Positions 31,663 through 41,197 of a DNA stretch of 64,000 nt are shown here, in pieces. The translations under genes and the position numbers were made by a program. This DNA is from Myxococcales bacterium. GTDB taxonomy: Bacteria > Myxococcota_A > Polyangia > Polyangiales > DASUME01. Position 1 is the stretch's first letter. Each line of letters begins with the position of its first letter. The stretch is from assembly GCA_047601445.1 (NCBI GenBank), contig JASGJH010000001.1, positions 2,368,001-2,432,000 on the forward strand. The letters run 5' to 3'. The notes beneath the pieces were generated by a model. The model made no database searches and was not told the origin of the DNA. It saw only the letters and a program-made list of their open reading frames with translations.

Positions 31663-32727
31663 TCAATAGCGGGGCACCCAATTCTCGGCCTGATACCAGC
31701 GCAACACGCCGTCCCATCCCTCGGCAAAGCGTGCATGGCGCGGCGCAAATCCCAGCGCTCGCAGGCGCGACGTGTCGATGACCAGGTCGTCCCCCAGCAG
31801 GGTCACGGCTTCCCGATCGAGGCGTGGACGCAAGGCGGGCTTGAGCTGATGTCGCACCGTGACGGCGCGCCACAAGGCGAGCACCGAGGTGTCGAACGCC
31901 CGCAGCACGCCCGGCGTGCCCACGATGGTCTGCGCCAGAGGCAGCACTGCTCCGGGGATCTTGCCCCCAGGCAGACTGCGCAATCCGTAAGCGTCGAAGG
32001 TATGCGAAATGCGGTCGCCGAGAGGCATGGGGTCTTCGTCGGCGACGTTGTACGTCCCGTAGTGCGTGCGGCTATCGAGCAGCGCGAAGATCAGCGCACG
32101 CGCCACATCCTCGGCGTGCACGAAGGTATGGCGCGGCCCACCCGAAAGCCGCGGCAAGAACGGCGTGAAGAGACGCAACAGCGGCCCCACCACCAACAGA
32201 CTCGCCGCGAAATGACGCCCCCGTCGCCCGTACACGGGCGCCGCGCGCAAGATGGTCCAGGCGGGTCCGTCGCCCCGTCCGCGCCCGCGCAAGAATGCTT
32301 CTGCGCCCAGCTTCGAGAGCCCATGCGGACCGCGCGGCGCCATCGCGGCATCCTCGGTGAGGGCGCCCGCCTGGCCAGGCGCGTAGAGCATGCAGGTGGA
32401 CATGTGCACGAAGCGCTGCACCTTGCGCTGAGCCGCGTCTTCGAAGAGTTTCACCACGAGCTCGGTGTTCACATTCCCGAGCTCGGCCGTATCGGCGCTG
32501 GCGTCGATCAAGGCCGCCGTGTGGATCACATGGTGGACCCCCTCGAGCGCCTGGGCGCGCACGCGCGCGTCCGTGAGATCACCGGGGCACACGCGACCAC
32601 GCGTGGGTTGCCGCAGCCCCCGCGCGTTGGTGTCGCTCGCGACCACGTTGAAGCCCGCCGCCTCGCAAAGCCCGACGACGTAATTGCCCACAGTGCCTGC
32701 TGCACCCGTAACGAGGACCGTCTCCAC
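31663..32727 (-). CDS. NAD-dependent epimerase/dehydratase (extended SDR)
   Basis: VLVTGAAGTVG, HTAA; HGLSK in place of YxxxK; FVHAEDVA. Confidence 0.85.
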   Translation of the reverse strand: METVLVTGAAGTVGNYVVGLCEAAGFNVVASDTNARGLRQPTRGRVCPGDLTDARVRAQALEGVHHVIHTAALIDASADTAELGNVNTELVVKLFEDAAQRKVQRFVHMSTCMLYAPGQAGALTEDAAMAPRGPHGLSKLGAEAFLRGRGRGDGPAWTILRAAPVYGRRGRHFAASLLVVGPLLRLFTPFLPRLSGGPRHTFVHAEDVARALIFALLDSRTHYGTYNVADEDPMPLGDRISHTFDAYGLRSLPGGKIPGAVLPLAQTIVGTPGVLRAFDTSVLALWRAVTVRHQLKPALRPRLDREAVTLLGDDLVIDTSRLRALGFAPRHARFAEGWDGVLRWYQAENWVPRY

Positions 32728-32789
32728 GCAACGACTGTAACCCGTGCTTCCGCGAGGAGCACGCGTGGCGATCGCTCAGCCGCGACGGG

Positions 32790-33593
32790 CTAGACCGCCC
32801 GCAGCATGTCCTGCAAGGCTTGCCCGGGGTCGCTGGCGCGCATCAGGCCCTCGCCGATCAGAACGGCGTCCGCACGCGTGGTGGCCACCCGTGCGAAGTC
32901 GGCCGCGGAGCGCACACCCGACATGAACACCGCGACGCGATCCGCCGGGATCCGCGCCACCAAATCCGAGGCGCTCCCCGAGTCCACGGAGAACGTCCGC
33001 AGATCCCGCGCATTGATCCCGATGATGGTGGCCTCCGTGGCCAACGCCCGCTTTAGCTCTTCCGCGTCCGCGGCCTCCACCACGGGCTCGAGCCCCCGCA
33101 CTCGCACCTCGCGGATCAGCGACACTAGCTCCTGATCCGACAACACGCGCACCAACAGCAGCACCAACGACGCGCCGGCCGCGCGAGCCGCATCCACCTG
33201 CAAGGGTGAGAGCACGAACTCCTTGAACAACACGGGCAGCTCGGACTGCCGCGCCACCCTGCGCGCATCGAGCACCGACCCCCCGAAACCGGGCCCGTCG
33301 CACAGCACGCTGATCGCGGACGCCCCGCCTCGCTGATAGCTGCGAGCGATGCGCAGATGCTCCCCCGGCGCGCGTGCGCGGATTTGCCCGGCACTCGGAC
33401 TGCGCAGCTTGATCTCCGCGATCACCCGGGGCGGTTCCCCCGCGGGCCTGCGCAGCCCCTCGGCGTGCCGATTGGGCGCTGGAACCTGCGCGGCGGACAA
33501 GCGCGCAAACAGTGCAGCGCGCCGCGCACGGCGGTTCACCTCCACACGTTTGCGTTCCACGATGCGCGCCAGATGATCGATGGGCTCAGCCAT
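32790..33593 (-). CDS. trpC: Indole-3-glycerol phosphate synthase
   Basis: VIAEIKLRSPSAG, AISVLCD..FGGS, PVLFKEF, IGINARDL. Confidence 0.92.
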   Translation of the reverse strand: MAEPIDHLARIVERKRVEVNRRARRAALFARLSAAQVPAPNRHAEGLRRPAGEPPRVIAEIKLRSPSAGQIRARAPGEHLRIARSYQRGGASAISVLCDGPGFGGSVLDARRVARQSELPVLFKEFVLSPLQVDAARAAGASLVLLLVRVLSDQELVSLIREVRVRGLEPVVEAADAEELKRALATEATIIGINARDLRTFSVDSGSASDLVARIPADRVAVFMSGVRSAADFARVATTRADAVLIGEGLMRASDPGQALQDMLRAV

Positions 33594-34203
33594 GGACCTC
33601 GAAGCTAGCCGGTGTGAAGACGCTCGGCGACTCGGGAGCGAGCCGCTCCACGAAACGACGCAACATGCCCTCGCCGTGCTCGGTCAGAAAGGACTCCGGG
33701 TGAAACTGCACCGACTCGAGCGGATACTCTCGGTGGCGCACGCCCATCAACTCACCCTGCTCGGTCCAACAAGTGGCCAGCAAGCACGCGGGCAAGCTGC
33801 TGCGTTCGACCACCAGAGAATGATAGCGAGCGACCTGCAGCGGGTTGGGCAGTCCACTGAAGAGACCGCCTCCATCATGATGGAGGCGCCAGGCCACCCC
33901 ATGCACCGGACGCGATGCGCGTTCTACGCGCGCGCCGAACGCTTCGCACAACACCTGATGTCCCAGACACACCCCCAACAGCGGCACGCGTGCGGCAAAC
34001 TGCTTCACGAGCTCCAAGCTGACGCCGGCATCGACTGGCCGACCAGGTCCCGGTGACAGCACGACCCCACGAGGACGCATCGCGTGAACCTGAGCGACGC
34101 TCACCTGGTCGCTCTGAACGACCTCTACATCGGAGGCCCAGCGCATGAGCCCATGCACGAGGTTCCACGTAAAGGAGTCATGATTGTCGACCACCAACAG
34201 CAT
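33586..34203 (-). CDS. trpG: Anthranilate/ADC synthase glutamine amidotransferase subunit
   Basis: DNHDSFTWNL, LSPGPG, GVCLGHQ, RYHSL, VQFHPES; overlaps trpC. Confidence 0.9.
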   Translation of the reverse strand: MLLVVDNHDSFTWNLVHGLMRWASDVEVVQSDQVSVAQVHAMRPRGVVLSPGPGRPVDAGVSLELVKQFAARVPLLGVCLGHQVLCEAFGARVERASRPVHGVAWRLHHDGGGLFSGLPNPLQVARYHSLVVERSSLPACLLATCWTEQGELMGVRHREYPLESVQFHPESFLTEHGEGMLRRFVERLAPESPSVFTPASFEVHG

Positions 34204-34383
34204 CTAGGGCTGTGATAGCGTTAACTCCTCGCATCCGAGGGTGCGAAGCGCCGTGAGCAGGGTCCGGCGTTCAGTGGAGCCAAAATCCCAGGGCTTGACA
34301 CGGCGGAGCTGCCGCGGATACCTTCGCGCGGCTCCCCGGCCAACAAGCCGGACCTTGTTTTGCTGCCTACGAAGCCCCCTCCT

Positions 34384-35631
34384 ATGACCATGTCCGAGCA
34401 GCCCAAAAAAGCTAGAGATATCAAAGACCTCAAGGCCCGACTCGGCCGAGGTCCGCAGCCTGGTAGCCCCAGCGCGCCGCCACCCGCGGCCGGTGGGATT
34501 CCAGCTCCCATGCCGGGGCCGGCGGGCATCCCGGGGCCGGGAATTCCACGCGGGGCGGATGTACCCGCTCCGTTTGGACCTCCTCCGGGAATGGCAGGCG
34601 GTATGCCGGGTGCAATGCCTGGTCGTGCTCCGGCCGACCCGTTCGCAGCTCCCCGACCAGCTCCCATGCCTGGTGCCCCGCGCAGCGTTCCTCCGGGATC
34701 GATGCCTGCCCCTGCCATGGCGGATCCTTTCGCCGCTGCAGCTCCAGTGGCCGCAGCCCAGGAAGTCCGTCTCATTATCGACGACAAGGCCGTCGACGAT
34801 GCCGACGTGGGTCGCAAGGGCTTCGGCAAGCTGGCCACGGGCCTGGCTATCACCGCCATCGTCGGCGTGTTGATTGGCTGGGTGGTCGGCAGCACGGTGC
34901 GTGAGCGCCAGCTGTTCGACCTGGCTCTGCAGGACGCCAAGGATGTGTACGGCTCGGTGAACACCGCGTCGACCACGGTCACCCAGGCCTCCAAGCTCAT
35001 CGACCAGGCGCTCAAGGCGGCGGCCCCCGGCCCCGGCAAGACCGTCGAGGTGGACTTCAAGGCCATCGAGGACCTTCGCGCCCTCGCCAAGCCCTTCCCC
35101 GCCGACGTGTTCTCGAGGAAGCGCTACGGCGCCTTCGCGGAGCCCGGAACCGTGGACTCGTTGTTCCTCTACTACAACAACACCAACATCCTCTGGGCCA
35201 AGATCGCGACCATCGCGGCCAAGTCCCTGTCCCCCACCTCGCGTGAGGCGCTCACCAAGGCCGCCAAGGCCGCTGGTGATCTCGCAGCCACCGAGTACGG
35301 CTGCGTGCCCTTCAAGGACGGCGATGCCTTCCGTTGCGGCCTCATGCCCGTCAAGAGCGGCGAAGAGGGCAAGGTCAACGTCATCACCCGCTCTGGCACC
35401 CTTGAAAAGAGCGTGTTCGCCGGACAGGCGATCGCGGACAAGCCGAGCGACTTCGTCATCATGGTCGACAAGGGTCGCAGCAACGACATCCTCGGCGCCA
35501 CGACCGACAAGTTCCAGACCTACGCTCGCGACCTCATGGAAGCCAAGCAGCTCGCCGACCAGACCACGCAGGTCCAGGGTCAGCTGATCCAGCAGCTGGG
35601 CAACATCGCCAAGCTCTCCACCCTCAACTGA
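34384..35631 (+). CDS. Hypothetical membrane protein: Pro/Gly-rich N-terminus, one TM, helical periplasmic domain
   Basis: KDLKARLG start, Pro-rich region, TM GLAITAIVGVLIGWVVG; strong GC3 bias; upstream TTGACA. Confidence 0.75.
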   Translation: MTMSEQPKKARDIKDLKARLGRGPQPGSPSAPPPAAGGIPAPMPGPAGIPGPGIPRGADVPAPFGPPPGMAGGMPGAMPGRAPADPFAAPRPAPMPGAPRSVPPGSMPAPAMADPFAAAAPVAAAQEVRLIIDDKAVDDADVGRKGFGKLATGLAITAIVGVLIGWVVGSTVRERQLFDLALQDAKDVYGSVNTASTTVTQASKLIDQALKAAAPGPGKTVEVDFKAIEDLRALAKPFPADVFSRKRYGAFAEPGTVDSLFLYYNNTNILWAKIATIAAKSLSPTSREALTKAAKAAGDLAATEYGCVPFKDGDAFRCGLMPVKSGEEGKVNVITRSGTLEKSVFAGQAIADKPSDFVIMVDKGRSNDILGATTDKFQTYARDLMEAKQLADQTTQVQGQLIQQLGNIAKLSTLN

Positions 35632-35664
35632 GAGAGCGCGCGGGCCCAAGCTCGCGCATCACCC

Positions 35665-35696
35665 AAAGGCCTCTGCGCGGCGCGCAGGGGCCTTTT
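35665..35696. terminator. Probable bidirectional intrinsic terminator between convergent genes
   Basis: AAAGGCCTCTGCGC-GGC-GCGCAGGGGCCTTTT. Confidence 0.7.
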
Positions 35697-35791
35697 GCAT
35701 TGGTGACCGGCACCACCTACGTACCAAACGTCGAAAAGGCCGCCGCGCACAGCGCAGCAGCCCTCTGGAGTGGCGTCCAAGACGCTCTTGC

Positions 35792-36664
35792 TCAGGAACC
35801 GACTAGCGCAGCGACGCGACTGCTCAGACGCCTCTGCTGGTCGTCCGACGACGAAGCCACCACCGTGCTGCCGCTCAGGAACCCACCCAGGAGCGGCTTG
35901 AGCGCAGCCACCATGGGCTCGCCGAGCGCCTCGAGCTGATCGAGCACTTCGCCCGCTGGCATCGCGTCGTGATCCCGATGGAGCGTGAGCGCCCACTCGG
36001 CCCACTCGGGCTGTCCCTTGGCGCGCGCCAAGCGCAGCGCGAACACCGAGATCTTGGTGAGATGCTTGGTCTCGAGCTTCATGCCCAGACGGGTACGCTC
36101 TTCGACCTCGCGGGCTGCACGCTGCATCATGCGCTCGGCCTCGGACTTACGGCCCGTGTTGAGCGCACGCTCGATCACCTCGCCGAGCAACTGAAATGTC
36201 CAGGCTGCCTGGCCCTGCGCGGACGGCATGCCGGTGATGGTCTCGTAGGTGTTGGAGTCCGTGTCCTGCGTCGAAGGCTCACCACAATGCGGGCAAGCCT
36301 GGGATTCCCCCGGGAAGGGACGGCTGCAGCCGCGACAGTGCGCCATGAAGCCCGTGGAGCGCGTGAGCCGCGCCGAGCCCTCGTCGATCACCAGGAACAC
36401 CAGATCCTGTGTGCCGAGACGCAGTCGATCGTTGTGACGCAGCGGTGCTTCACCGCGGATCAAGCTCCCGTTGATGCGCACTCCGTTGCGGCTTCCGAGA
36501 TCGACCACGCGTGCGCCCAGCGCATCGATGAAGATGCGCGCATGCTGCCGAGAGACCAGTGGGTCCTCGATCGTGATCTGGCATTCGGGGCTGCGGCCGA
36601 TCACGACCTGTGGCCCCTGCAGATCCAACTCCTGCAGCAAGAATCTAAGGCGATAGCGAGACAC
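35792..36664 (-). CDS. FHA-domain protein with a CxxC...CxxC zinc ribbon
   Basis: IGRSPEC, VSRQHA, DLGSRNG; CRGC..CPHC. Confidence 0.85.
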   Translation of the reverse strand: MSRYRLRFLLQELDLQGPQVVIGRSPECQITIEDPLVSRQHARIFIDALGARVVDLGSRNGVRINGSLIRGEAPLRHNDRLRLGTQDLVFLVIDEGSARLTRSTGFMAHCRGCSRPFPGESQACPHCGEPSTQDTDSNTYETITGMPSAQGQAAWTFQLLGEVIERALNTGRKSEAERMMQRAAREVEERTRLGMKLETKHLTKISVFALRLARAKGQPEWAEWALTLHRDHDAMPAGEVLDQLEALGEPMVAALKPLLGGFLSGSTVVASSSDDQQRRLSSRVAALVGS

Positions 36665-36875
36665 GAGCCTCCGGAGCTCCTCAACGAGCGAGTCTCCAAG
36701 ATACTGCCAGCGTGGACGGGCCGTATCTAGGGGCAAATACGCCCAATATAGTGCTGCCAATCGTGAGCATGCCTCCTTGGAAGCACTGCGTCACAAAGGT
36801 GCTTGTTTGCCTCACTTAGGGTGACGCGAGCTTGAGCACTTCCCGGGCGATGGTTCGTGTTACGATCGTTCGACC

Positions 36876-37100
36876 GTGAGGAACCGAATCGAGACACTTT
36901 TCCGTGAGGTACTGGGTCCCCTCTTCGAGGCCGATGGCGCCAGCGTGGAGGTCGTGAACGTGCGAGGCCACCTCGTACAGATTCGGCTCGGTGGCGCCTA
37001 CCGCGGATGTCCGAGCACGCCCTACACCGTCGACGGCGTCATTATCCCCGCTCTGCGCAAAGCCACCGGCGAAGATTTTCAGGTCGAAGTGTTGGTCTGA
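36876..37100 (+). CDS. Small NifU C-terminal (Nfu)-like protein
   Basis: P....DG..VEVV.V....VQIRL.GAYRGCPS. Confidence 0.7.
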   Translation: MRNRIETLFREVLGPLFEADGASVEVVNVRGHLVQIRLGGAYRGCPSTPYTVDGVIIPALRKATGEDFQVEVLV

Positions 37101-37174
37101 AAACAGTTGGAGCGCGCTGGGCGAACCCCGCGCGCTCCCTGGTTTCATGTCGGCGCAGGCCGGGCTAGGTCCGC

Positions 37175-38134
37175 TCAGATGCCGAGGCCCTTGAGGGGAT
37201 CGTCATCCTCCGACACACCACCGCTCGACACGGGCGGCGGAGCCGCCGCCGCGGAGGGAGCCTTCTTGCCATTCGTGCTGGGCGCCTGAGCGGATTGCTC
37301 GGGAGCGTTCTGACGTACGCGCATCTTGCCGGTGATGCGGTCGATGATGTCGGGGTTGTTGTCGTTCTCTTCGGCGGCGTCCGTGGTCGCAGACTCCACC
37401 AACGCATGCGCGCGGTTGCTGTCGCTCGCCTTGTTGGGCCGCAGGTCGCTGAGGCGCGCCAGGGTGTCCTTGCTCTCGAACACGAGGCAGTAGAAGCCGT
37501 AGAACTGGTTGTTGTCCACGGCGCGCAGGCTGGAGCTCTGATCCTGCCAGGCCAGGTACTTCGCCTTGCCCTCGCCCTTCACCACGGCCTTGCCGTAGCG
37601 GCCCTGCACTGCGCTGGCGAACGCGTCGAACGACTTGCCCTGGAACGCCGTGCTGTTGAAGGCCTTGTACCACTTCCACAGCTTGTTATTGATGAAGAAG
37701 TAGTAGTTCTGCGAGCTGTCGTCGTTCACCACGAACATCGACTCGTTGTTGCCCTGGGAGAACTCGCCCTTGAGGAACGAGACATCCCAGCCCGTCTTCT
37801 TGCCGTTGAAGTCGACGATGCTGCTCTTGATCTTGGAGAGCTCTTCGCGCGCCTTGTTGCGCAGCTTGTCCTCTTCGAGGGCGCCGCTCGCCTTGGCGAT
37901 CAGGGGACGATACTTGTCCTTGATCTGCTGCACGAAGGTGTTGAGCACCTCGTCGCGCGTCATGCCCCAGTGGAGGTCGCCCATGGCGTCGCTGATGCCA
38001 GCGCTCTGCGGTGCCTCTTGCTGCGCGGCCGGCTTGGCAGCCTTCTTCTTGGGTGCCGCATGGGCCACGTCGAGCGACAGGGTCGCGGAGCAACAGAGCG
38101 CACCGACGAGCGCTCCGATCATCTTGCGCTTCAT
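37175..38134 (-). CDS. Secreted hypothetical protein
   Basis: GGAGG RBS; signal peptide ending AHA; ends DDDPLKGLGI. Confidence 0.8.
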   Translation of the reverse strand: MKRKMIGALVGALCCSATLSLDVAHAAPKKKAAKPAAQQEAPQSAGISDAMGDLHWGMTRDEVLNTFVQQIKDKYRPLIAKASGALEEDKLRNKAREELSKIKSSIVDFNGKKTGWDVSFLKGEFSQGNNESMFVVNDDSSQNYYFFINNKLWKWYKAFNSTAFQGKSFDAFASAVQGRYGKAVVKGEGKAKYLAWQDQSSSLRAVDNNQFYGFYCLVFESKDTLARLSDLRPNKASDSNRAHALVESATTDAAEENDNNPDIIDRITGKMRVRQNAPEQSAQAPSTNGKKAPSAAAAPPPVSSGGVSEDDDPLKGLGI

Positions 38135-38264
38135 GAGAATCCTCCTCCAACCGACACGCGCGTTGCAGCGCGCTTTCCACTTCCAGACCGCTGAGAGCAT
38201 ACACGTGCACCCGTGTACGTTGCTAGCGGGATCGGGCTTCCTGGAGCCCACCATACAGAGGTTT

Positions 38265-39062
38265 TTAGCTGTGTAGCTCTGCTTCCAAATCCAAGAAAAG
38301 CCGTGTTCCGCCGGCAACTGCGATGGGCATGAACGCGAGATTCAGTATGGGTACAAACAAGCACCCCCACACAGCCAAGCCGAAGCCCACCATGAGCCAG
38401 GGTCGCTTCGAAAACAACGAAAGGCGTGCTCGGAGCTCGATTCCACGACGAGACGCCGGCCAGTCCGTGTAATCGATTGCGAAGTAACTAGCGGTGAAAA
38501 GGCCGCCGACGACGGCCACCACGACGTGTCCCACACCGGGCACGAGCCACGAGAAAATCGTAAGCGGCATCATGATCGTCGCGAAGAGCGTGAGCTTGAA
38601 CAGCTCGATGCGCAGCGTGCGCGCGACATCCCTGGCCAGGCGCGAGAGCGAAAACGCCGGGCTCCGGCGCTGGAGCTCGCGCTCTTCGATGGCCTCGCTG
38701 AGGGCGTCGTTGAAAGGCGCGGCCACCAGCATCGAGAGCATCACGCAGGCCAGCACGAGCACGGAAAGGCTCAACAAGAACGCGACCGCGTCGGCAAGCC
38801 AGTAGAGCCCGCGCGCCAGTGTGGCGAGCCAGTCATGTCCTTGCGGGGCGCGCCACAAGAGCGCCAGCAGATCGTCGTGGTAGCGCAGGGCGAGCAGAAA
38901 GCTGGCCAGGAGAGACAGCGCCGTGAGCACGATGGGCACGCTCCAATAGCGAACGAGATCGGGGTACTTGCGGAGCAGCGCGACGCCCTTGAAGGCATAG
39001 CCGAGTCCACGAAACAGGTCGCTGGGCGCGTAGCGCGGGGACAAACCGGCGGGGTTCGCCAT
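38265..39062 (-). CDS. CysZ/EI24-family membrane protein
   Basis: AAPFNDALSEAIE; PILNL..MP.AVAGGT. Confidence 0.8.
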   Translation of the reverse strand: MANPAGLSPRYAPSDLFRGLGYAFKGVALLRKYPDLVRYWSVPIVLTALSLLASFLLALRYHDDLLALLWRAPQGHDWLATLARGLYWLADAVAFLLSLSVLVLACVMLSMLVAAPFNDALSEAIEERELQRRSPAFSLSRLARDVARTLRIELFKLTLFATIMMPLTIFSWLVPGVGHVVVAVVGGLFTASYFAIDYTDWPASRRGIELRARLSLFSKRPWLMVGFGLAVWGCLFVPILNLAFMPIAVAGGTRLFLDLEAELHS

Positions 39063-39070
39063 GGCGCGCC

Positions 39071-40546
39071 TCACAAGGTGGTGGCTGGGATGAACGGCAA
39101 GATCGACTTGAGGTCGTCGTCGTTGAAGCGCAGCTGGGCGCCGAGGAAGAAGTCGCGGCTTTCGTTGAGGGTGTCGTCCATACCGCCCACGAGCCACAGG
39201 CGCTTCACGACCTCGTACGAGAGCCTTTCGCGGATGCGCGCGTACTGCTGCTCGCCGATGGCGAAGATGTCCGTGGTGAGCTCGAAGGAGTCGTGCAGCA
39301 AGTGGATGTCCATGCCGAGGCCGCCCGTCGACTCCAGAATGCCGAAGCGGAAGGTCGCAAAGTGCACGCGCTTGGCGAACATCAGCGAGAAACGGAACGC
39401 GTCCTTCGTCTCGGAGATGGTCTCCTCGTAGAACTCGGGCTCCCCATCTGGCGGTGGGCTGACCCGGACCTGGCGCTGCGTGAAGGTCGTGCGCCCGCGC
39501 GGGTCGGCGATCAACTGGAACATGTAGTAGCGGTCTTCGCGGGGCTGAAGGCGCAGTTCCACGTAGTTTTTGAAGGTGTTCGCGAGGAAGTAGTACTCGC
39601 TGCGCAGCTGGATGATGGTCTGCAGGCGCGTGATGGGCTCCACGAAGTTGCCCACGCCCTGGACCACGCCCTCGACCTCGTTGATGAGCTTTTCGTCGCT
39701 CGTGAGGCGACCGATGGTGCCCTCGCCGCGGGCCGTGCGGTCGGTGACCTGCTTGACGTCCTTCATGACGGACTCGAGGTCCTTCGACGCGCGCTCGATG
39801 GAAGCGATGGTGCCATCCACGCGACCGAGGCCCGACTCGAGGCCCTTGGCGTTGTTCCCGATCACCGTGTGGATGTCGCGCGTGACCTGCTCGATGTGCG
39901 TCAGGATGCGCTCGATCTTGGGCGCCGCGTCCGTGGTGATGCTCTCGATGTTGTTGACGGTATGGTCCACCGCGGCCTCGTTGGCCTGGATGGTCCGGTT
40001 GACGTGCTCGAGCGCTTCCGTGAGGTTCCGGAGGGCGCTCGACATCTTGTCGCCGGCTTCATCGTTGCCGAAGGAGCGCTCGAGCTGGGTGGTGACCTTT
40101 TTGACCGACTCCGCAATCTCCCCGACGGTCTGGATGACGTCGTCGGTCTTGGTGGCCGGGGCGGCGGTGGCGATCTGAGCACCGTCCTCAATTTCCGGTT
40201 TGGGTGGACCGCCGGGCAAGATCACCAGCAGGGTCTCACCCAGTAGGGAAGCACTGCGCTGGGCGACCTGCGCGTTCTTGTAGAGCTTCACGGAGCGGTC
40301 GATGCGGAGATCGACGCGTGCGCGGTCCCCTTCCAGGCGGATGGAGTCGATGGTGCCGACTGGGATACCTGCAATCAGGACGCGAGACTTGGGGACCAAG
40401 CCCTGCACGTCGTCGAAGATCGCGTAGACCCGGTAGCCCTCGTCCCCCTGCGCCCCCTCATCGACGAAGCGGTAGATGGCGATGCTCGCGGCGACGATTA
40501 GCAGCACGAGAAGGCCAACCTTGGCCGCGTTGTACGTCTCCCTCAT
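39071..40546 (-). CDS. mlaD: MlaD/MCE protein with long helical region and C-terminal beta-rich domain
   Basis: TM, then F.DVQGL..KS.V.IAGIPVG.I.SI, SLLGE; GEGTIGRL. Confidence 0.85.
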   Translation of the reverse strand: MRETYNAAKVGLLVLLIVAASIAIYRFVDEGAQGDEGYRVYAIFDDVQGLVPKSRVLIAGIPVGTIDSIRLEGDRARVDLRIDRSVKLYKNAQVAQRSASLLGETLLVILPGGPPKPEIEDGAQIATAAPATKTDDVIQTVGEIAESVKKVTTQLERSFGNDEAGDKMSSALRNLTEALEHVNRTIQANEAAVDHTVNNIESITTDAAPKIERILTHIEQVTRDIHTVIGNNAKGLESGLGRVDGTIASIERASKDLESVMKDVKQVTDRTARGEGTIGRLTSDEKLINEVEGVVQGVGNFVEPITRLQTIIQLRSEYYFLANTFKNYVELRLQPREDRYYMFQLIADPRGRTTFTQRQVRVSPPPDGEPEFYEETISETKDAFRFSLMFAKRVHFATFRFGILESTGGLGMDIHLLHDSFELTTDIFAIGEQQYARIRERLSYEVVKRLWLVGGMDDTLNESRDFFLGAQLRFNDDDLKSILPFIPATTL

Positions 40547-40630
40547 CGCCTCCCGGGCGGCATCCTATGGCTACCCGAGAAGGGGGGCAAGGTCAGACCG
40601 GGTGCGAGAAAGAGGAAACCCTGGGAAGTC

Positions 40631-41197
40631 GTGTACGTTGACCACTGTCCCTACGCTTTGGCAAAGTTTTCGCGGTGCTCAAAAGGCGATCTTCAGAACC
40701 GTCCCCAAGCCGAGAATCGGCGCCCCGGAATTGCGCGTCGTCTGCGCCTCGAGCACTTGCGCCCCTGGGGCTGTGCGCTTTGGCTTACCTGTCAGGGGTG
40801 CGCCACGGTGGACCTGGGCGACAACCCCGAGGCCGTGGACTTCGACGTGGACGAGAACTTCTTCCACTGCGAAATCCAACCCAACGTGCTGACGCAGTAC
40901 CACTGCTCGAGCGGCATGGGGGGTGAGGAGGGGGGCTGTCACTCGGCGCGCAGCGCCCTGCGATTGGTGGAAGTCGACGCCCCGGCGCGCTGCAAGGACG
41001 GCCGCGTCATCGGCGCTCCGCCGGAAGCCTCACAGACCAACCTCGAGCGCGTGCGTACGGAGCTCGGCATCGACGCCGACTCGAGCCCGTTCTACCGCCG
41101 CCCGTTGGGCCTCGACTCGCACCCTCGGCAAATCTTCCCGAGCAACTCGGACGCGGCGGCCCTGATCCGCACCTGGCTCAATCAAGGAACCCCATGA
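40631..41197 (+). CDS. Lipoprotein resembling a monoheme cytochrome c with a CX10CH motif (start uncertain, perhaps TTG 40757)
   Basis: Lipobox-like CQGC; FFHCEIQPNVL..CSSGMGGEEGGCH; C-terminal HP..F....IRTWLNQG. Confidence 0.55.
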   Translation: MYVDHCPYALAKFSRCSKGDLQNRPQAENRRPGIARRLRLEHLRPWGCALWLTCQGCATVDLGDNPEAVDFDVDENFFHCEIQPNVLTQYHCSSGMGGEEGGCHSARSALRLVEVDAPARCKDGRVIGAPPEASQTNLERVRTELGIDADSSPFYRRPLGLDSHPRQIFPSNSDAAALIRTWLNQGTP

